A stretch of DNA of 31,392 nucleotides from a virus (lineage: Duplodnaviria; Caudoviricetes). Position 1 is the stretch's first letter; every line of letters begins with the position of its first letter. The DNA is taken from IMG/VR virus record IMGVR_UViG_3300007962_000012, positions 1-31,392 of that record; one strand, written 5' to 3'. Shown piece after piece: positions 1 through 11,400 of this stretch. The notes under the pieces are model-generated. The model saw nothing but the letters and a program-made list of their open reading frames with translations, was not told the DNA's origin and did not search any database. Both the position numbers and the translations under genes were made by a program.

Positions 1-1
1 A

Positions 2-514
2 GAATATATAGCTAGACCGCAAACCGCTGAGATATTTTTTGAAGACGTATTAATGGCTTGTGTATTTTACGGAATGCCAATACTTGCTGAAAATAACAAA
101 CCTAGGTTATTGTATCATTTTAAAAGAAGAGGCTATAGAGGCTTTTCAATGAACAGGCCTGATAGAAGATTAAACAAATTATCTGTAACTGAAAGAGAAA
201 TAGGTGGAATACCTAATTCAAGTGAGGATATAAAACAAGCACACGCTGCAGCTATAGAATCTTATATAGAAACTTGTGTTGGGCAAACAGAAGCTGGTTA
301 TGGAGATATGTATTTCCAAAGAACATTAGAAGATTGGGGTAAATTTAATATAAACAATAGAACAAAGCATGATGCTTCTATAAGTTCAGGACTTGCCATA
401 ATGGCTTGTAATAAAAATTTATATTCACCAGTTAGTCCAGTGCAAAAGAAAGTTTACGATTTAGGAATTAAAAGATATGACAATAGAGGTTCTTCGTCTA
501 AAATATTAAGATAA
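2..514 (+). CDS. terL: Terminase large subunit, C-terminal nuclease part (5' truncated by window)
   Basis: The frame is open from base 2 (EYIARPQTAEIFFEDVLMACVFYGMPILAENNK). It has an ENN motif and a C-terminal HDASISSGLA, typical of the RNase H-like terminase nuclease domain, and lies directly upstream of the portal. Confidence 0.85.
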   Translation, partial: EYIARPQTAEIFFEDVLMACVFYGMPILAENNKPRLLYHFKRRGYRGFSMNRPDRRLNKLSVTEREIGGIPNSSEDIKQAHAAAIESYIETCVGQTEAGYGDMYFQRTLEDWGKFNINNRTKHDASISSGLAIMACNKNLYSPVSPVQKKVYDLGIKRYDNRGSSSKILR

Positions 515-2923
515 ATGAAAATACAAACAAATACCGATAGTTCTTTCCCTAACCAAGTTGTTAGCGACGAAGTAAAAGCTAGTTACGATTATGGCTTACA
601 AGTCTCTAGGGCTATTGAACAAGAGTGGTTCAATCAAGGAAGAGGTAATGGTAATAGATATTTAAACAACTGGAATAGTTTTCACACACTACGGTTATAC
701 GCCAGAGGTGAACAATCAATACAAAAATACAAAGATGAATTATCTATAAATGGTGACTTGTCTTATCTTAATTTAGATTGGAAGCCTATACCAGTAATAT
801 CAAAGTTTGTAGATATTGTTGTAAACGGTATGTCTAATAAGTCTTATGACATAAGTGCTTTTGCACAAGATCCTTTTTCTGTAAAACAAAGAACGGATTA
901 TGCGGCTGCGGTTGAAAGAGACATGAACACTAAAGAAGCTCTTGTTAATATTAAAGAAAACCTAGGTATGGATTTTTCTTTAACAGGAAGCTTAGAAAGT
1001 TTACCCGAAAATCAAGAAGAGTTAGATGTTCATTTACAAATGACCACTAAACAAAATGTTGAAATAGCGGAAGAAGAAGTTATAAATAATGTATTAGCTT
1101 TTAATAAGTACGATCAAACAAAGAAACGTTTAGCTCAAGATTTAACTACTATTGGTATTGGGGCTGTTAAAACATCTTTCAATAAATCAGAAGGAATAGT
1201 AACTGACTATGTTGATCCGGCTAATATGATTTATTCATATACAGAAGATCCAAACTTCGAGGATATATATTATGTAGGAGAAGTGAAGTCTATATCATTA
1301 GCGGAACTTAAAAAACAATTCCCATCATTATCAGCATCAGAGTTAGAAAAAATACAAGATATGCCTGGTAATTCTCAATATGTAACTAATTGGGGAAATT
1401 ATGATGCTAACACAATACAAGTTTTGTACTTTGAATATAAAACATATTCAGATCAAGTATTTAAAATAAAGAAAACAGAACAAGGCTTAGAAAAAACATT
1501 AGAAAAGTCAGATACATTCAACCCACCTGAAAACGATAACTTTGAAAGAGTATCAAGAACAATAGAAGTTTTATATTCAGGAGCTAAGGTTTTAGGTACA
1601 AATACAATGTTAAAGTGGGAGATGGCTGAAAATATGACCAGACCTACAGCGGATACTACAAAAGTAATGATGAATTACTGTATATCAGCTCCTAGAATGT
1701 ATAAAGGACGTATAGAATCTATAGTTAGTAAAATTACTAGCTTTGCTGATATGATCCAAATAACACACCTTAAACTACAACAAGTAATGTCTAGAATAGT
1801 ACCAGATGGTGTATTTTTAGATATGGATGGGTTAGCTGAAGTTGATTTAGGTAACGGTACTACATACAATCCAGCAGAGGCATTGAATATGTATTTTCAA
1901 ACAGGTTCTGTTGTAGGTAGATCATTAACACAAGACGGAGAATTAAATAGAGGTAAAATACCAGTACAAGAATTATCATCTTCAAGCGGGCAAGCTAAAA
2001 TACAAAGCTTAATAGGTACGTATCAATATTATCTACAAATGATAAGAGACGTAACCGGATTAAACGAAGCAAGAGATGGAAGTGCTCCGAGTAAAGATGC
2101 ATTAGTGGGTTTACAAAAAATAGCAGCTAATGCTTCTAATATTGCAACCAAGCATGTATTAGACTCTTTATTATACTTAACCGTTAGAACTTGTGAAAAC
2201 ATTAGTTTAAAAGTTGCTGATGTTATTGAAAATCCTTTAACTGAAAACGCTTTAACAAATGCTATAAGTACATTTAATACAAAAACTCTTGAAGAGTTAA
2301 TGAATTTACAGCTACATGACTTCGGTATTTATTTAGAATTAGAACCAGAAGAAGAAGAAAAAGCTTTATTAGAACAAAATATACAAGTTGCTTTACAAAC
2401 ACAAGCTATTCAATTATCTGACGCTATTGATATTAGGCAAATTAAAAATATAAAATTAGCTAATCAATTCTTAAAGCTTAGACAAACTCAAAAGATTAAG
2501 AGAGAACAAGAGCAACAACAAAGAAATATACAAGCTCAAGCTCAAGCAAATGCAGAGTCTGCTGAGAAAGCTGCTATGTATGAAGTTCAAAAACAACAAG
2601 CATTAACTGCTGAAAAAGTTAGCATTGAACAAGCTAAGTCTCAGTTTGAAATAGAAAGAATGCAAACAGAAGCTCAAATAAAAAGAGAGTTGATGGCTGA
2701 AGAATTTCAATACAACATACAGTTAGCTCAAGCTCAAATAGGTGCAGCTCAAGCAAAAGAGCAAGAAATAGAAGATAGAAAAGATAAAAGAATTAAAATG
2801 CAAGGTACCCAACAATCTGAATTAATAAATCAAAGACAGACAGATGGTTTACCTAAGGACTTTGAATCATCAGGAAATGATGTATTAGGCGGGTTTGGAT
2901 TAGAACAGTTTGGGCCTAGGTAA
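515..2923 (+). CDS. Portal protein (crAss-related type)
   Basis: 802 aa, located between terminase and head genes. The MIRDVTGLNEARDG segment and the long Q/E/A-rich C-terminal coiled coil resemble podovirus portals with a barrel. Confidence 0.8.
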   Translation: MKIQTNTDSSFPNQVVSDEVKASYDYGLQVSRAIEQEWFNQGRGNGNRYLNNWNSFHTLRLYARGEQSIQKYKDELSINGDLSYLNLDWKPIPVISKFVDIVVNGMSNKSYDISAFAQDPFSVKQRTDYAAAVERDMNTKEALVNIKENLGMDFSLTGSLESLPENQEELDVHLQMTTKQNVEIAEEEVINNVLAFNKYDQTKKRLAQDLTTIGIGAVKTSFNKSEGIVTDYVDPANMIYSYTEDPNFEDIYYVGEVKSISLAELKKQFPSLSASELEKIQDMPGNSQYVTNWGNYDANTIQVLYFEYKTYSDQVFKIKKTEQGLEKTLEKSDTFNPPENDNFERVSRTIEVLYSGAKVLGTNTMLKWEMAENMTRPTADTTKVMMNYCISAPRMYKGRIESIVSKITSFADMIQITHLKLQQVMSRIVPDGVFLDMDGLAEVDLGNGTTYNPAEALNMYFQTGSVVGRSLTQDGELNRGKIPVQELSSSSGQAKIQSLIGTYQYYLQMIRDVTGLNEARDGSAPSKDALVGLQKIAANASNIATKHVLDSLLYLTVRTCENISLKVADVIENPLTENALTNAISTFNTKTLEELMNLQLHDFGIYLELEPEEEEKALLEQNIQVALQTQAIQLSDAIDIRQIKNIKLANQFLKLRQTQKIKREQEQQQRNIQAQAQANAESAEKAAMYEVQKQQALTAEKVSIEQAKSQFEIERMQTEAQIKRELMAEEFQYNIQLAQAQIGAAQAKEQEIEDRKDKRIKMQGTQQSELINQRQTDGLPKDFESSGNDVLGGFGLEQFGPR

Positions 2924-2955
2924 GATTACAAACAATTATTTAATTATATTATATT

Positions 2956-4068
2956 ATGTCAGAAGTAAAACAAGAAGGGGATTTTAAAATTAAATCCAAG
3001 AAAAAAAGCCCTAAAAAATTAGGCAACCAATCTAATGAGCCTATAAAGGTTAATATAGATGAGGTTAAAGAAAATACAACCGAAGATACTGCTAAGGTAA
3101 TAATACCTGAAGTAAAAGAAGAAGTTGTTATAGTTAGTGAAACTAAAACAGAAGAACAAGCTCAAGATGGTTTGATTGAGGTTATTGAAGAAGATGAAGA
3201 TGATACTGAAGAAGTTATCGAACAGCAAGCTCAACCAGTAGTTGATCAAAGAGTATTACCGGAAAACATTGAAAAGCTTGTTAGCTTTATGGAAGATACT
3301 GGCGGTACCGTAGAAGATTATGTTAGATTAAACGCTGACTATTCTAGCATCGATGATAAAGCATTGTTAAAAGAATATTATAAAAAAACAAAACCATATT
3401 TAGAATCTGATGACGTAAGTCTTCTTTTAGAAGATTATGATTACGACGAAGATATAGATGAGGAAAGAGATATACGCAAAAAGAAAATTGCGTTTAAAGA
3501 AGAAGTTGCAAAAGCAAAAGGCTTTTTGGAGAACACTAAGAGTAAATATTACGACGAGATCAAGTTGAGACCCGGCGCTACTCAAGAACAACAAAAAGCA
3601 ACAGAGTTTTTCAACCGATACCAAGAGGATCAAAGAGTAGCTGATCAACAGCACGCGGATTTTAAATCAAAAACAAACGATTATTTTACAAAGGAGTTCA
3701 AAGGTTTTGAATTCAATGTAGGTGAAAAGAAGTTTAGATATGGTTTACAAGATCCGTCGAAAGTTGCAGAAAACCAATCCAGTATTAATAACTTCGTAGG
3801 AAAGTTTCTTGACGATAGTGGTAATATAAAGGATACTAAAGGTTATCACAAAGCTATTTATTTAGCTTCTAATGCTGACAAGATTATTAATCATTTTTAT
3901 GAACAAGGTAAAACAGATGCTACTAAAGAAATAATTAGTAAATCTAAAAACCCAAGCACAGAACCTAGACAAACTGGGACAGGTGAGTTTGTAAATGGAA
4001 TAAAAGTCAAATCGATTAGTGGCTACGATAACTCTAAACTTAGAATTAAAACAAAAAAATTTAACTAA
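2956..4068 (+). CDS. Putative capsid scaffolding/assembly protein
   Basis: 370 aa with a very acidic, low-complexity N-terminal half and a helical C-terminal half, placed between portal and major capsid. The call rests on synteny and composition. Confidence 0.55.
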   Translation: MSEVKQEGDFKIKSKKKSPKKLGNQSNEPIKVNIDEVKENTTEDTAKVIIPEVKEEVVIVSETKTEEQAQDGLIEVIEEDEDDTEEVIEQQAQPVVDQRVLPENIEKLVSFMEDTGGTVEDYVRLNADYSSIDDKALLKEYYKKTKPYLESDDVSLLLEDYDYDEDIDEERDIRKKKIAFKEEVAKAKGFLENTKSKYYDEIKLRPGATQEQQKATEFFNRYQEDQRVADQQHADFKSKTNDYFTKEFKGFEFNVGEKKFRYGLQDPSKVAENQSSINNFVGKFLDDSGNIKDTKGYHKAIYLASNADKIINHFYEQGKTDATKEIISKSKNPSTEPRQTGTGEFVNGIKVKSISGYDNSKLRIKTKKFN

Positions 4069-4082
4069 AAAAATTAAAAATT

Positions 4083-5561
4083 ATGGCAAATGTAAGTCCA
4101 GCGTTCGGGAGTTTAATCCCAACGCAAAAAAAGCAAGCCTTAGAGGGCAATTATTTAAACTTTACTGATGGGACGAATGATTTCGCACAACAGTACTTAC
4201 CAGAAATCTATGAAGCTGAAGTAGAGCGTTATGGAAATAGAACCTTAAGTGGTTTCTTAAGAATGGTAGGAGCTGAAATGCCAATGACTTCTGATCAAGT
4301 AGTATGGTCTGAGCAAAATAGATTACACATCTCTTATGAGAATGTAATAGCAACTAATGCAGGTGCTGTAGGAGCAAAAGTTTCTACTTTAACTATACCT
4401 GTTGGCGGTGCTGGTGCAACTCTTATTCAAAATGTTGTATCCCCTGGTTCTACTATTGTAGTGATGAATCCAGCAACTGGAGCAGAATTAAACTGTTACG
4501 TTGTTGCTTCTGGAGCTACTCCTGGAAGTGCTTTAGGTGCTGGTGTATTAACTGTTGCTCCTTATTCTCAAGAAGCATTAGATGGAACTGGAGCTGGAGC
4601 TGCTGAAATAGATTTAGTGACTGGTGGACCAGCACTTAAGATCTTTGTATATGGATCTGAATACGGAAAAGGAACTGGAGACGCTAACAGAATTTCTGTA
4701 ACGCCTTCTTTCACTCAGTATTCTAACTCTCCTATTATCATCAAAGACAAGTATGCAATCAACGGATCTGACACTGCTCAGATTGGATGGGTTGAAGTAG
4801 CTACTGAGTCTGGTCAAGGAGGTTTCTTATGGTACTTAAAAGCTGAATCTGAAACAAGATTACGTTTTGAAGACTACTTAGAAATGTCTATGGTAGAAGG
4901 TGAATTAAAATCTGGAACCTCAACTACAACTGCTAAAGGTACTGAAGGTCTTTTTGCTGCTGTTAAAAGCCGTGGAAATGTATTAGTAGACTTTACTGCA
5001 GCAACTGGTTTAGCTCAGTTTGATTCAATTCTTAAAAACTTAGATACTCAAGGAGCTATCGAAGAAAACATGTTATTCTTAAATAGAGAAACTTCTCTAG
5101 ATTTTGATGATATGTTAGCTACTGTTGGTCAACAAGGTGGGACTGGTATATACCAAGGAGGTAGTTCTTATGGTGTATTTGAAAATTCTGAAGAAATGGC
5201 ATTGAACTTAGGTTTCTCTGGTTTCAGAAGAGGTTCTTATGACTTCTACAAAACTGACTGGAAATACTTAAACGACGCTTCTACTCGTGGTGGTGTTGCT
5301 GATGCTGGTATCGAAGGAGTATTAGTACCTGCTGGAACTTCTACAGTTTACGATCAAATATTAGGAACTAACATCAGAAGACCTTTCTTACACGTAAGAT
5401 ATAGAGCTTCTCAAGCTGATGATAGAAGAATGAAAAACTGGATCACTGGATCTGTAGGTGGCGCTGCTACTTCTGATTTAGATGCTATGGAAGTTCACTT
5501 CTTATCTGAAAGATGTTTAGTAACTCAAGCGGCTAACAACTTTGTGTTATTCACAGACTAG
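4083..5561 (+). CDS. Major capsid protein
   Basis: 492 aa following the scaffold-like gene, with a G/A-rich insertion domain. C-ending codons (TTC, AAC, ATC, TAC) are visibly frequent, as expected for high expression, and a strong hairpin follows the stop. Confidence 0.85.
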   Translation: MANVSPAFGSLIPTQKKQALEGNYLNFTDGTNDFAQQYLPEIYEAEVERYGNRTLSGFLRMVGAEMPMTSDQVVWSEQNRLHISYENVIATNAGAVGAKVSTLTIPVGGAGATLIQNVVSPGSTIVVMNPATGAELNCYVVASGATPGSALGAGVLTVAPYSQEALDGTGAGAAEIDLVTGGPALKIFVYGSEYGKGTGDANRISVTPSFTQYSNSPIIIKDKYAINGSDTAQIGWVEVATESGQGGFLWYLKAESETRLRFEDYLEMSMVEGELKSGTSTTTAKGTEGLFAAVKSRGNVLVDFTAATGLAQFDSILKNLDTQGAIEENMLFLNRETSLDFDDMLATVGQQGGTGIYQGGSSYGVFENSEEMALNLGFSGFRRGSYDFYKTDWKYLNDASTRGGVADAGIEGVLVPAGTSTVYDQILGTNIRRPFLHVRYRASQADDRRMKNWITGSVGGAATSDLDAMEVHFLSERCLVTQAANNFVLFTD

Positions 5562-5577
5562 TACCGATTAAATTAAT

Positions 5578-5618
5578 GTAGTAGTTACCCTCGTTGAACT
5601 GACGGGGGTGATTATTAC
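5578..5618 (+). terminator. 18-bp RNA hairpin after the capsid gene (attenuator, stabiliser or processing site)
   Basis: GTAGTAGTTACCCTCGTT-GAACT-GACGGGGGTGATTATTAC pairs fully on the + strand using 5 G-U pairs. Only an interrupted U-rich tail follows. Confidence 0.7.
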
Positions 5619-5647
5619 TCTTATTCACATTTTTATTATATTATATT

Positions 5648-6481
5648 ATGGCTGCAAAAAAAGCACCAGCAAAGACAGTTGAGGTTGCTCCTCAGCAAGA
5701 AGTAGTAGCAAAAGTAGCTACACCAAAAAAACAAGAACCAGTAAAACCAACCTGGGAAATTAAAGATAGAATGTATATAGTTGTAGGTCAAGCACCTTTA
5801 ACGTTAACTATTTCATCTAAACATACATCAAGGCACCCACTTCTTTGGTTTGATAAGGAAAAAGGTATCCAAAGAGAAATCAGATACGCAACCAATCAAA
5901 ACTCACCTTTAATAGATGAGCAAAAAGGAGAAGCAACACTAGGACATATAATGTTCAAAGACGGAGTGCTTTATGTTAAAAAAGAAAAACAAAACTTACA
6001 AAAACTATTATCTTTATATCATCCACTATTAGGCAATAAATACTACGAACACAATCCAGTAGCTATTGCAGAAGATGAATTAGAAGATTTAGAGATTGAA
6101 GTAGATGCAATGATTGCTGCAAGAACAATGGAAGTAGATCAAGCCGAAGCAATACTTCGTGTTGAGATAGGTTCTAAAGTTTCAAGCATGACATCTAAAG
6201 AATTAAAAAGAGATCTTATGTTGTTTGCTAAAAGAAATCCACATTTATTTATGGAATTAGCAAATGATGATAATGTACACTTAAGGAACATAGCTATAAA
6301 AGCTTCTGAAATGAATATCATTAAATTATCACAAGATCAAAGAACCTTTACTTGGGGATCAAACGGTAGAAAATTAATGACTGTACCTTTTGATGAAAAC
6401 CCTTACTCTGCAATGGCAGCTTACTTTAAAACCGATGAAGGTGTAGAAGTTTTTAGGTCAGTAGAGAAAAACTTAGAATAA
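5648..6481 (+). CDS. Head-module protein of unknown function
   Basis: 277 aa with a K/P/A-rich N-terminal tail. It sits in the structural operon and has an AT-rich initiation region. Confidence 0.6.
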   Translation: MAAKKAPAKTVEVAPQQEVVAKVATPKKQEPVKPTWEIKDRMYIVVGQAPLTLTISSKHTSRHPLLWFDKEKGIQREIRYATNQNSPLIDEQKGEATLGHIMFKDGVLYVKKEKQNLQKLLSLYHPLLGNKYYEHNPVAIAEDELEDLEIEVDAMIAARTMEVDQAEAILRVEIGSKVSSMTSKELKRDLMLFAKRNPHLFMELANDDNVHLRNIAIKASEMNIIKLSQDQRTFTWGSNGRKLMTVPFDENPYSAMAAYFKTDEGVEVFRSVEKNLE

Positions 6482-6491
6482 CATGTAATAT

Positions 6492-6530
6492 TAATATTAG
6501 CTGGTCACTTCTCGTGACTGGCTGGTATTA
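6492..6530 (+). other. 17-bp RNA hairpin without U-tract
   Basis: TAATATTAGCTGGTCAC-TTCTC-GTGACTGGCTGGTATTA pairs fully on the + strand with 4 G-U pairs and is followed by A-rich sequence. Confidence 0.7.
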
Positions 6531-6547
6531 TAATAAAAAAATAAATA

Positions 6548-7243
6548 ATGGCTATAAATGTAGATTTAGTTTATAAAACTGTCTTATTAATACTTAACCA
6601 ACAACAAAGAGGTTATATAACTCCAGACGAGTTTAATAAAGTAGGTAATCAAGTTCAGCAAGGTATATTTGAAAAATATATGAGCGACTTGAATCAACAA
6701 TTACGTATACCTGAAAATGATAACGAGTATGCTAATAGAGTTAAAAACCTAGAAGAAAAACTAGATATATTTAAAAGAATAGCCGCACCTACTTTTTCAA
6801 CAGATCACTTCACAACTGCTTCACTGCCAAACTTTTATAGACTAGGTACCGTTATATACAACGATACTATTGAAGCCCAAATGGTAGAAAGAAACGAATG
6901 GTACAAAATTAAAAAAGCACCATTAGTTGCACCTACAAAAAAACAACCTGTATTTTTATACGAAGAAAATAAAATATACTTATACCCTACAACTATAACT
7001 ACAGATGTTCAAGTATCTTATTTGAAACAACCAGCTATGATAAACTGGGCATATACAATTGGAGGATTAGGACAATACACATATGATGCTAGTAATTCAG
7101 TAAACTTCGATTTACACCCTTCAGAACAAGTAGATGTAGTAACTGGTATATTATTATACTCTGGAGTTATTATTCAAGACCCTACTATAATACAAGTAGC
7201 ATCTCAAAAAATACAACAAGAAGACATAAACGAAAAATCTTAA
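6548..7243 (+). CDS. Putative tail ring/head-tail adaptor protein
   Basis: 231 aa with a helix, beta, helix layout (GYITPDEFN...IYLYP...VSYLKQP) like podovirus adaptor/ring proteins, supported by synteny. Confidence 0.55.
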   Translation: MAINVDLVYKTVLLILNQQQRGYITPDEFNKVGNQVQQGIFEKYMSDLNQQLRIPENDNEYANRVKNLEEKLDIFKRIAAPTFSTDHFTTASLPNFYRLGTVIYNDTIEAQMVERNEWYKIKKAPLVAPTKKQPVFLYEENKIYLYPTTITTDVQVSYLKQPAMINWAYTIGGLGQYTYDASNSVNFDLHPSEQVDVVTGILLYSGVIIQDPTIIQVASQKIQQEDINEKS

Positions 7244-7249
7244 TAATAC

Positions 7250-8452
7250 ATGGGCTTAATTACAGAAAATAATCAGCAATATTACGCAGGAGTTCAAAAA
7301 TATCTATCTGCAGCTGGTGCTGGCCAAGCCTTCACTACTACATTTGATACTGAATTAGTATTTGGTAGTTATGATCCTCTTCAGCAAAACTACGCTTTAA
7401 ACAACTTCAAGCTTTACACCGCAAACGCCGGTGTTTTGACATATACAGAGTATACGTCAGCTTACACTGTTAGCGGAAATACAATTACTTTTACTGGTAA
7501 CTTAGCGGCAAACACAAGTGTTGTTGTTCAATTAAAAATACTAAGCGGTGGTGAATATGGAAACAGAGATGCTTACGGTAATACTGTTGAAGAAAACTAT
7601 GGTAGCTACGGCTACATATCTTTAGAAGACATAATAAACAACTTTCAAGTAGCTTATGTTGGAACTGGTAAACTAATACCGAGTTGTAACAGAACCGATA
7701 TAATATTTCACGCTAAACGTGGACTACAAGAGTTTAGTTACGATACACTCAAAAGTATTAAATCTCAAGAATTAAATATACCCCCTGAACTAAGTGTTGT
7801 GATACCACAGGACTATGTAAACTACACGGCGGTATCCTGGATAGATCAACTAGGTGTTAAAAGACCTATATATCCTGCAAACAACCTAACTACAAACCCG
7901 TTTGAAAACCCTATACAAGATTCTAAAGGTGTACCAACTCAAGATAATTTTGGTAACAACGTTGAAGGAACATCGATAACAGAAGAACGTTGGAGAACAG
8001 CTAATGATTCTTTAATAAATCAAGATGTAACAGATGCGCTTTATAACCAAGGTTATGATAGCTGGGGATGGAACGAACAGATATTAGGTCAAAATTACGG
8101 ATTAGATCCTCAATATGCTCAAGTAAATGGATGGTTTACTATAAATCACAGAGAAGGTAAAATGTCTTTCTCAAGTAATTTAGCGGGATCATTAATAGTT
8201 TTAGAGTATATTTCTGATGGTTTAGCTTCCGATATGGATACTAAAGTTCCTAAGATGGCAGAAGAGGCTCTGTATGCCCATATAAGCCACGCTGTGATAG
8301 CTTCTAGGATTAACCAACCTGAATATGTAGTTAGAAGATTAAAGCAAGAGAGAAGTGCTAAATTAAGAAATGCTAAAATAAGATTATCTAACATTAAACT
8401 TGATGAAATTGTTCAAGTAATGAGAGGTAAATCTAAATGGATAAAATCATAA
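7250..8452 (+). CDS. Putative tail ring/structural protein with N-terminal beta insert
   Basis: 400 aa containing IPQDYVNY and IVLEYISDG segments typical of ring/adaptor proteins, plus a T-rich beta module (YTVSGNTITFTG). Confidence 0.55.
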   Translation: MGLITENNQQYYAGVQKYLSAAGAGQAFTTTFDTELVFGSYDPLQQNYALNNFKLYTANAGVLTYTEYTSAYTVSGNTITFTGNLAANTSVVVQLKILSGGEYGNRDAYGNTVEENYGSYGYISLEDIINNFQVAYVGTGKLIPSCNRTDIIFHAKRGLQEFSYDTLKSIKSQELNIPPELSVVIPQDYVNYTAVSWIDQLGVKRPIYPANNLTTNPFENPIQDSKGVPTQDNFGNNVEGTSITEERWRTANDSLINQDVTDALYNQGYDSWGWNEQILGQNYGLDPQYAQVNGWFTINHREGKMSFSSNLAGSLIVLEYISDGLASDMDTKVPKMAEEALYAHISHAVIASRINQPEYVVRRLKQERSAKLRNAKIRLSNIKLDEIVQVMRGKSKWIKS

Positions 8453-8457
8453 ATTAA

Positions 8458-11400
8458 ATGGCTGAGATTAAAAATACCTTTCTTAAAGGGAAAATGAATC
8501 AAGATCTTGACTCTCGTATATTACCAAATGGTGAATATAGAGAAGCTAGAAACTTATCTATAAGTAGATCAGAAAGTTCTACAGTAGGTGAGTTTGAAAA
8601 TGTTTTAGGTAATACAGCTATATCTAGTTTAACAGCCATTGGGGCATCCGCTACAACTGAAATAATTGGACAGCTAATTGATGAAAATAGCAATGTAGCA
8701 TACTTTTTAGCAACAGACTATGATTCTCCAACCGAGGTTAGAGCTACTGCGGCAGATAATTGTTACATAGTTAAAGTAGATTTATCTGTAACCGTAAACA
8801 CTAATCCTATAATTTTAGTTCAAGGATTCTTTTTAAATTTTAACAAAAGCTTTCCGGTAACAGGTATAAACTTAGTTGAAGATTTATTATTTTGGACTGA
8901 TAATCTTAATCAACCTAGAAAAATAAATATTGCAAGAGCTCTTGCTGATGCAACTCATTACACAAATGAAGATCAAATATCTGTGGCTAAATATGCTCCT
9001 TATGAGCCAATATTAGTAATGGATAGAGTCAATGCTGTAATTACTTCACCTGACCCAGCTGTTAGCACTACTACTATAATTATAGATGATGATGCTGATT
9101 ATGCTTTAATAAAAGTAGGTGATATAGTTACTGACAAAAACAAAATAACAAACCAACAAATAACTGGATTAGTTACTGTTATAGGAAAACCGGATCCTGC
9201 CGCAACTCGTGCATTAACATTGTCTAGTGCTATTACTGTAACAAACGGCACTGCAATTGACTTCAGTAGACCGAGTATGACTAATAAAAGGGATTTTGAA
9301 ATGGCTAACCATTCGTCTGGAGCCGTTACAATTGATCCTATACCAGCAGTAGGCGCGACTAATCCGATAACGGCTACATACACTATAGGTCAAGGCTTAG
9401 GTGATAATGACACTAGTAATTTTATATATGGAGGAGACAACGGTATACCTAGAATAGGAGACTTAGTTAGCGGTGATGGTATTAGCCCAGACACAAGGGT
9501 AGCAAGTGTTAGCGTAGTTAATCAATATTCAAACCCCCCAAATTCATCAGCCCCTGAAAGATTTCGTACTTGGCAAGATATAACTTTTACTCTAAACAAG
9601 ACAACTACATTAGCAAGTGCCGGTGTTATATCTATAAGTGATAATCCAAATTATGACGCTGCCTGGCAAGGTGATGAGAAACTACTAGAAGATAAGTTTA
9701 TAAGATTTAGCTATAGATTTAAGTTTGAAGATAACGAGTATTCATTAATGGCACCATTTAGCCAAGTAATGTTTATACCTAAGCAATATAGTCAGTTTGG
9801 TGGAGGTGCTTTTTCAGACGAGCAAGATATGGACAATACTTATAAATCAACTATTGTTAATTGGTTTGAAAATAATATAAATAATATATTATTAAAAATA
9901 CCAATACCTAGTACAAGTGTTGCTAATACGATTTCTGAATTAAAAATAACTGATGTTGATATACTTTATAAGGAGTCTGATGCGCTGGCTGTTAAAGTTT
10001 TAGAAACTGTTAATTTATTAACTCCCACACCTATTGAATCCTCAATAGACTTTTACGATGCTGTTAACGGAAATAATACAAAGCATTTCATAGATTATGA
10101 CTACAGCTCAACAAAACCATATAAAACATTACCTAACAACCAAATAACTAGAGTGTCTGATAAAGTGCCTATTAGAGCATTAGCTCAAGAAATAATAGGT
10201 AACCGCATTGTTTATGGTAATTATTTAGATAGACACACCGGTCCTAATTCGATAGCTTTTAGTGCTTTTGCCTCTAACAAGTCTACAAATTTTGACAACT
10301 ATACTCAATTTCCGAAACATCAATTAAAACAGGATAGAACTTATCAAGTTGGTTTTGTGCTGTCAGATAAATACGGAAGACAATCAGACGTTATATTATC
10401 ATCCTATGATGGAGTGGCTAATATACCTGGATCTACTGTCTTTAATCCTTATAATGACATAACAACACAGCAGCAGTCGCCAATACTTGATTGGCTTGGT
10501 AATGCTTTAAACGTAACTTTATACGAAGCAATAAATCCAGCCTACGATCCTATCACGGGTTCACCTGGAGTTTACAATGCAACAACTAATCCTTTAGGAT
10601 GGTATTCCTATAAAATAGTTGTAAAACAAACACAACAAGAGTATTATAATGTTTATTTACCAGGTTTTGTAAATGGCTATCCTGTTATACAAAACTTAAG
10701 TGCTGAAAGAGACACTAGCTTTTTCACAACATTATTAGGTGATAATATAAATAAAATACCTAGAGATTTATCAGAAGTAGGGCCTAATGATATAGACTTT
10801 ACTAGTAGTGAGAACATAATGATAAGGGTTAATAACCCTAGAATAAATAACAAAACAGAGGCTAATCCTCCGTATCTTCAAGACAGAGCGTGGAATGCTC
10901 AATACTATCCTGGTAATATAGAACAAGAAATAATACAAATAGGTACAGTTAGAGATTTAGAAATACAAGCAATTCCTTTTAAAGCAAACGCTATAGAGGG
11001 AGAGTATGGTGAGTCTAGCATATTACAAGCGTATAATTACTTTACTGCAGGAGACCCCAGTACTGGAATAGAAAGTGTTAACGAAATTCCAGAACCTACA
11101 GGCGCAATACCATGGGGTACAACAGGACCAGACGCTACTTTTTACAATGGAGACTCAAACCCATTTATTATTAAAGGTAGTCAATCGCAAAATAAAAATA
11201 ATCCAATAGGAGCCTATGTAACAACTCTTTCTGTAAATGAAGACAATCCTGCTCAATCAGTGTTATCAATGGTACCGTTTTTATCCGTAGCGGAAACGAA
11301 ACCCGTAGAATCATTGTTAGATATATATTGGGAAACATCGTTATCAGGTAATTTAGCAACGCTTAATTCACTGGTAAGTTCACAAGATAGCGGTTTGATA

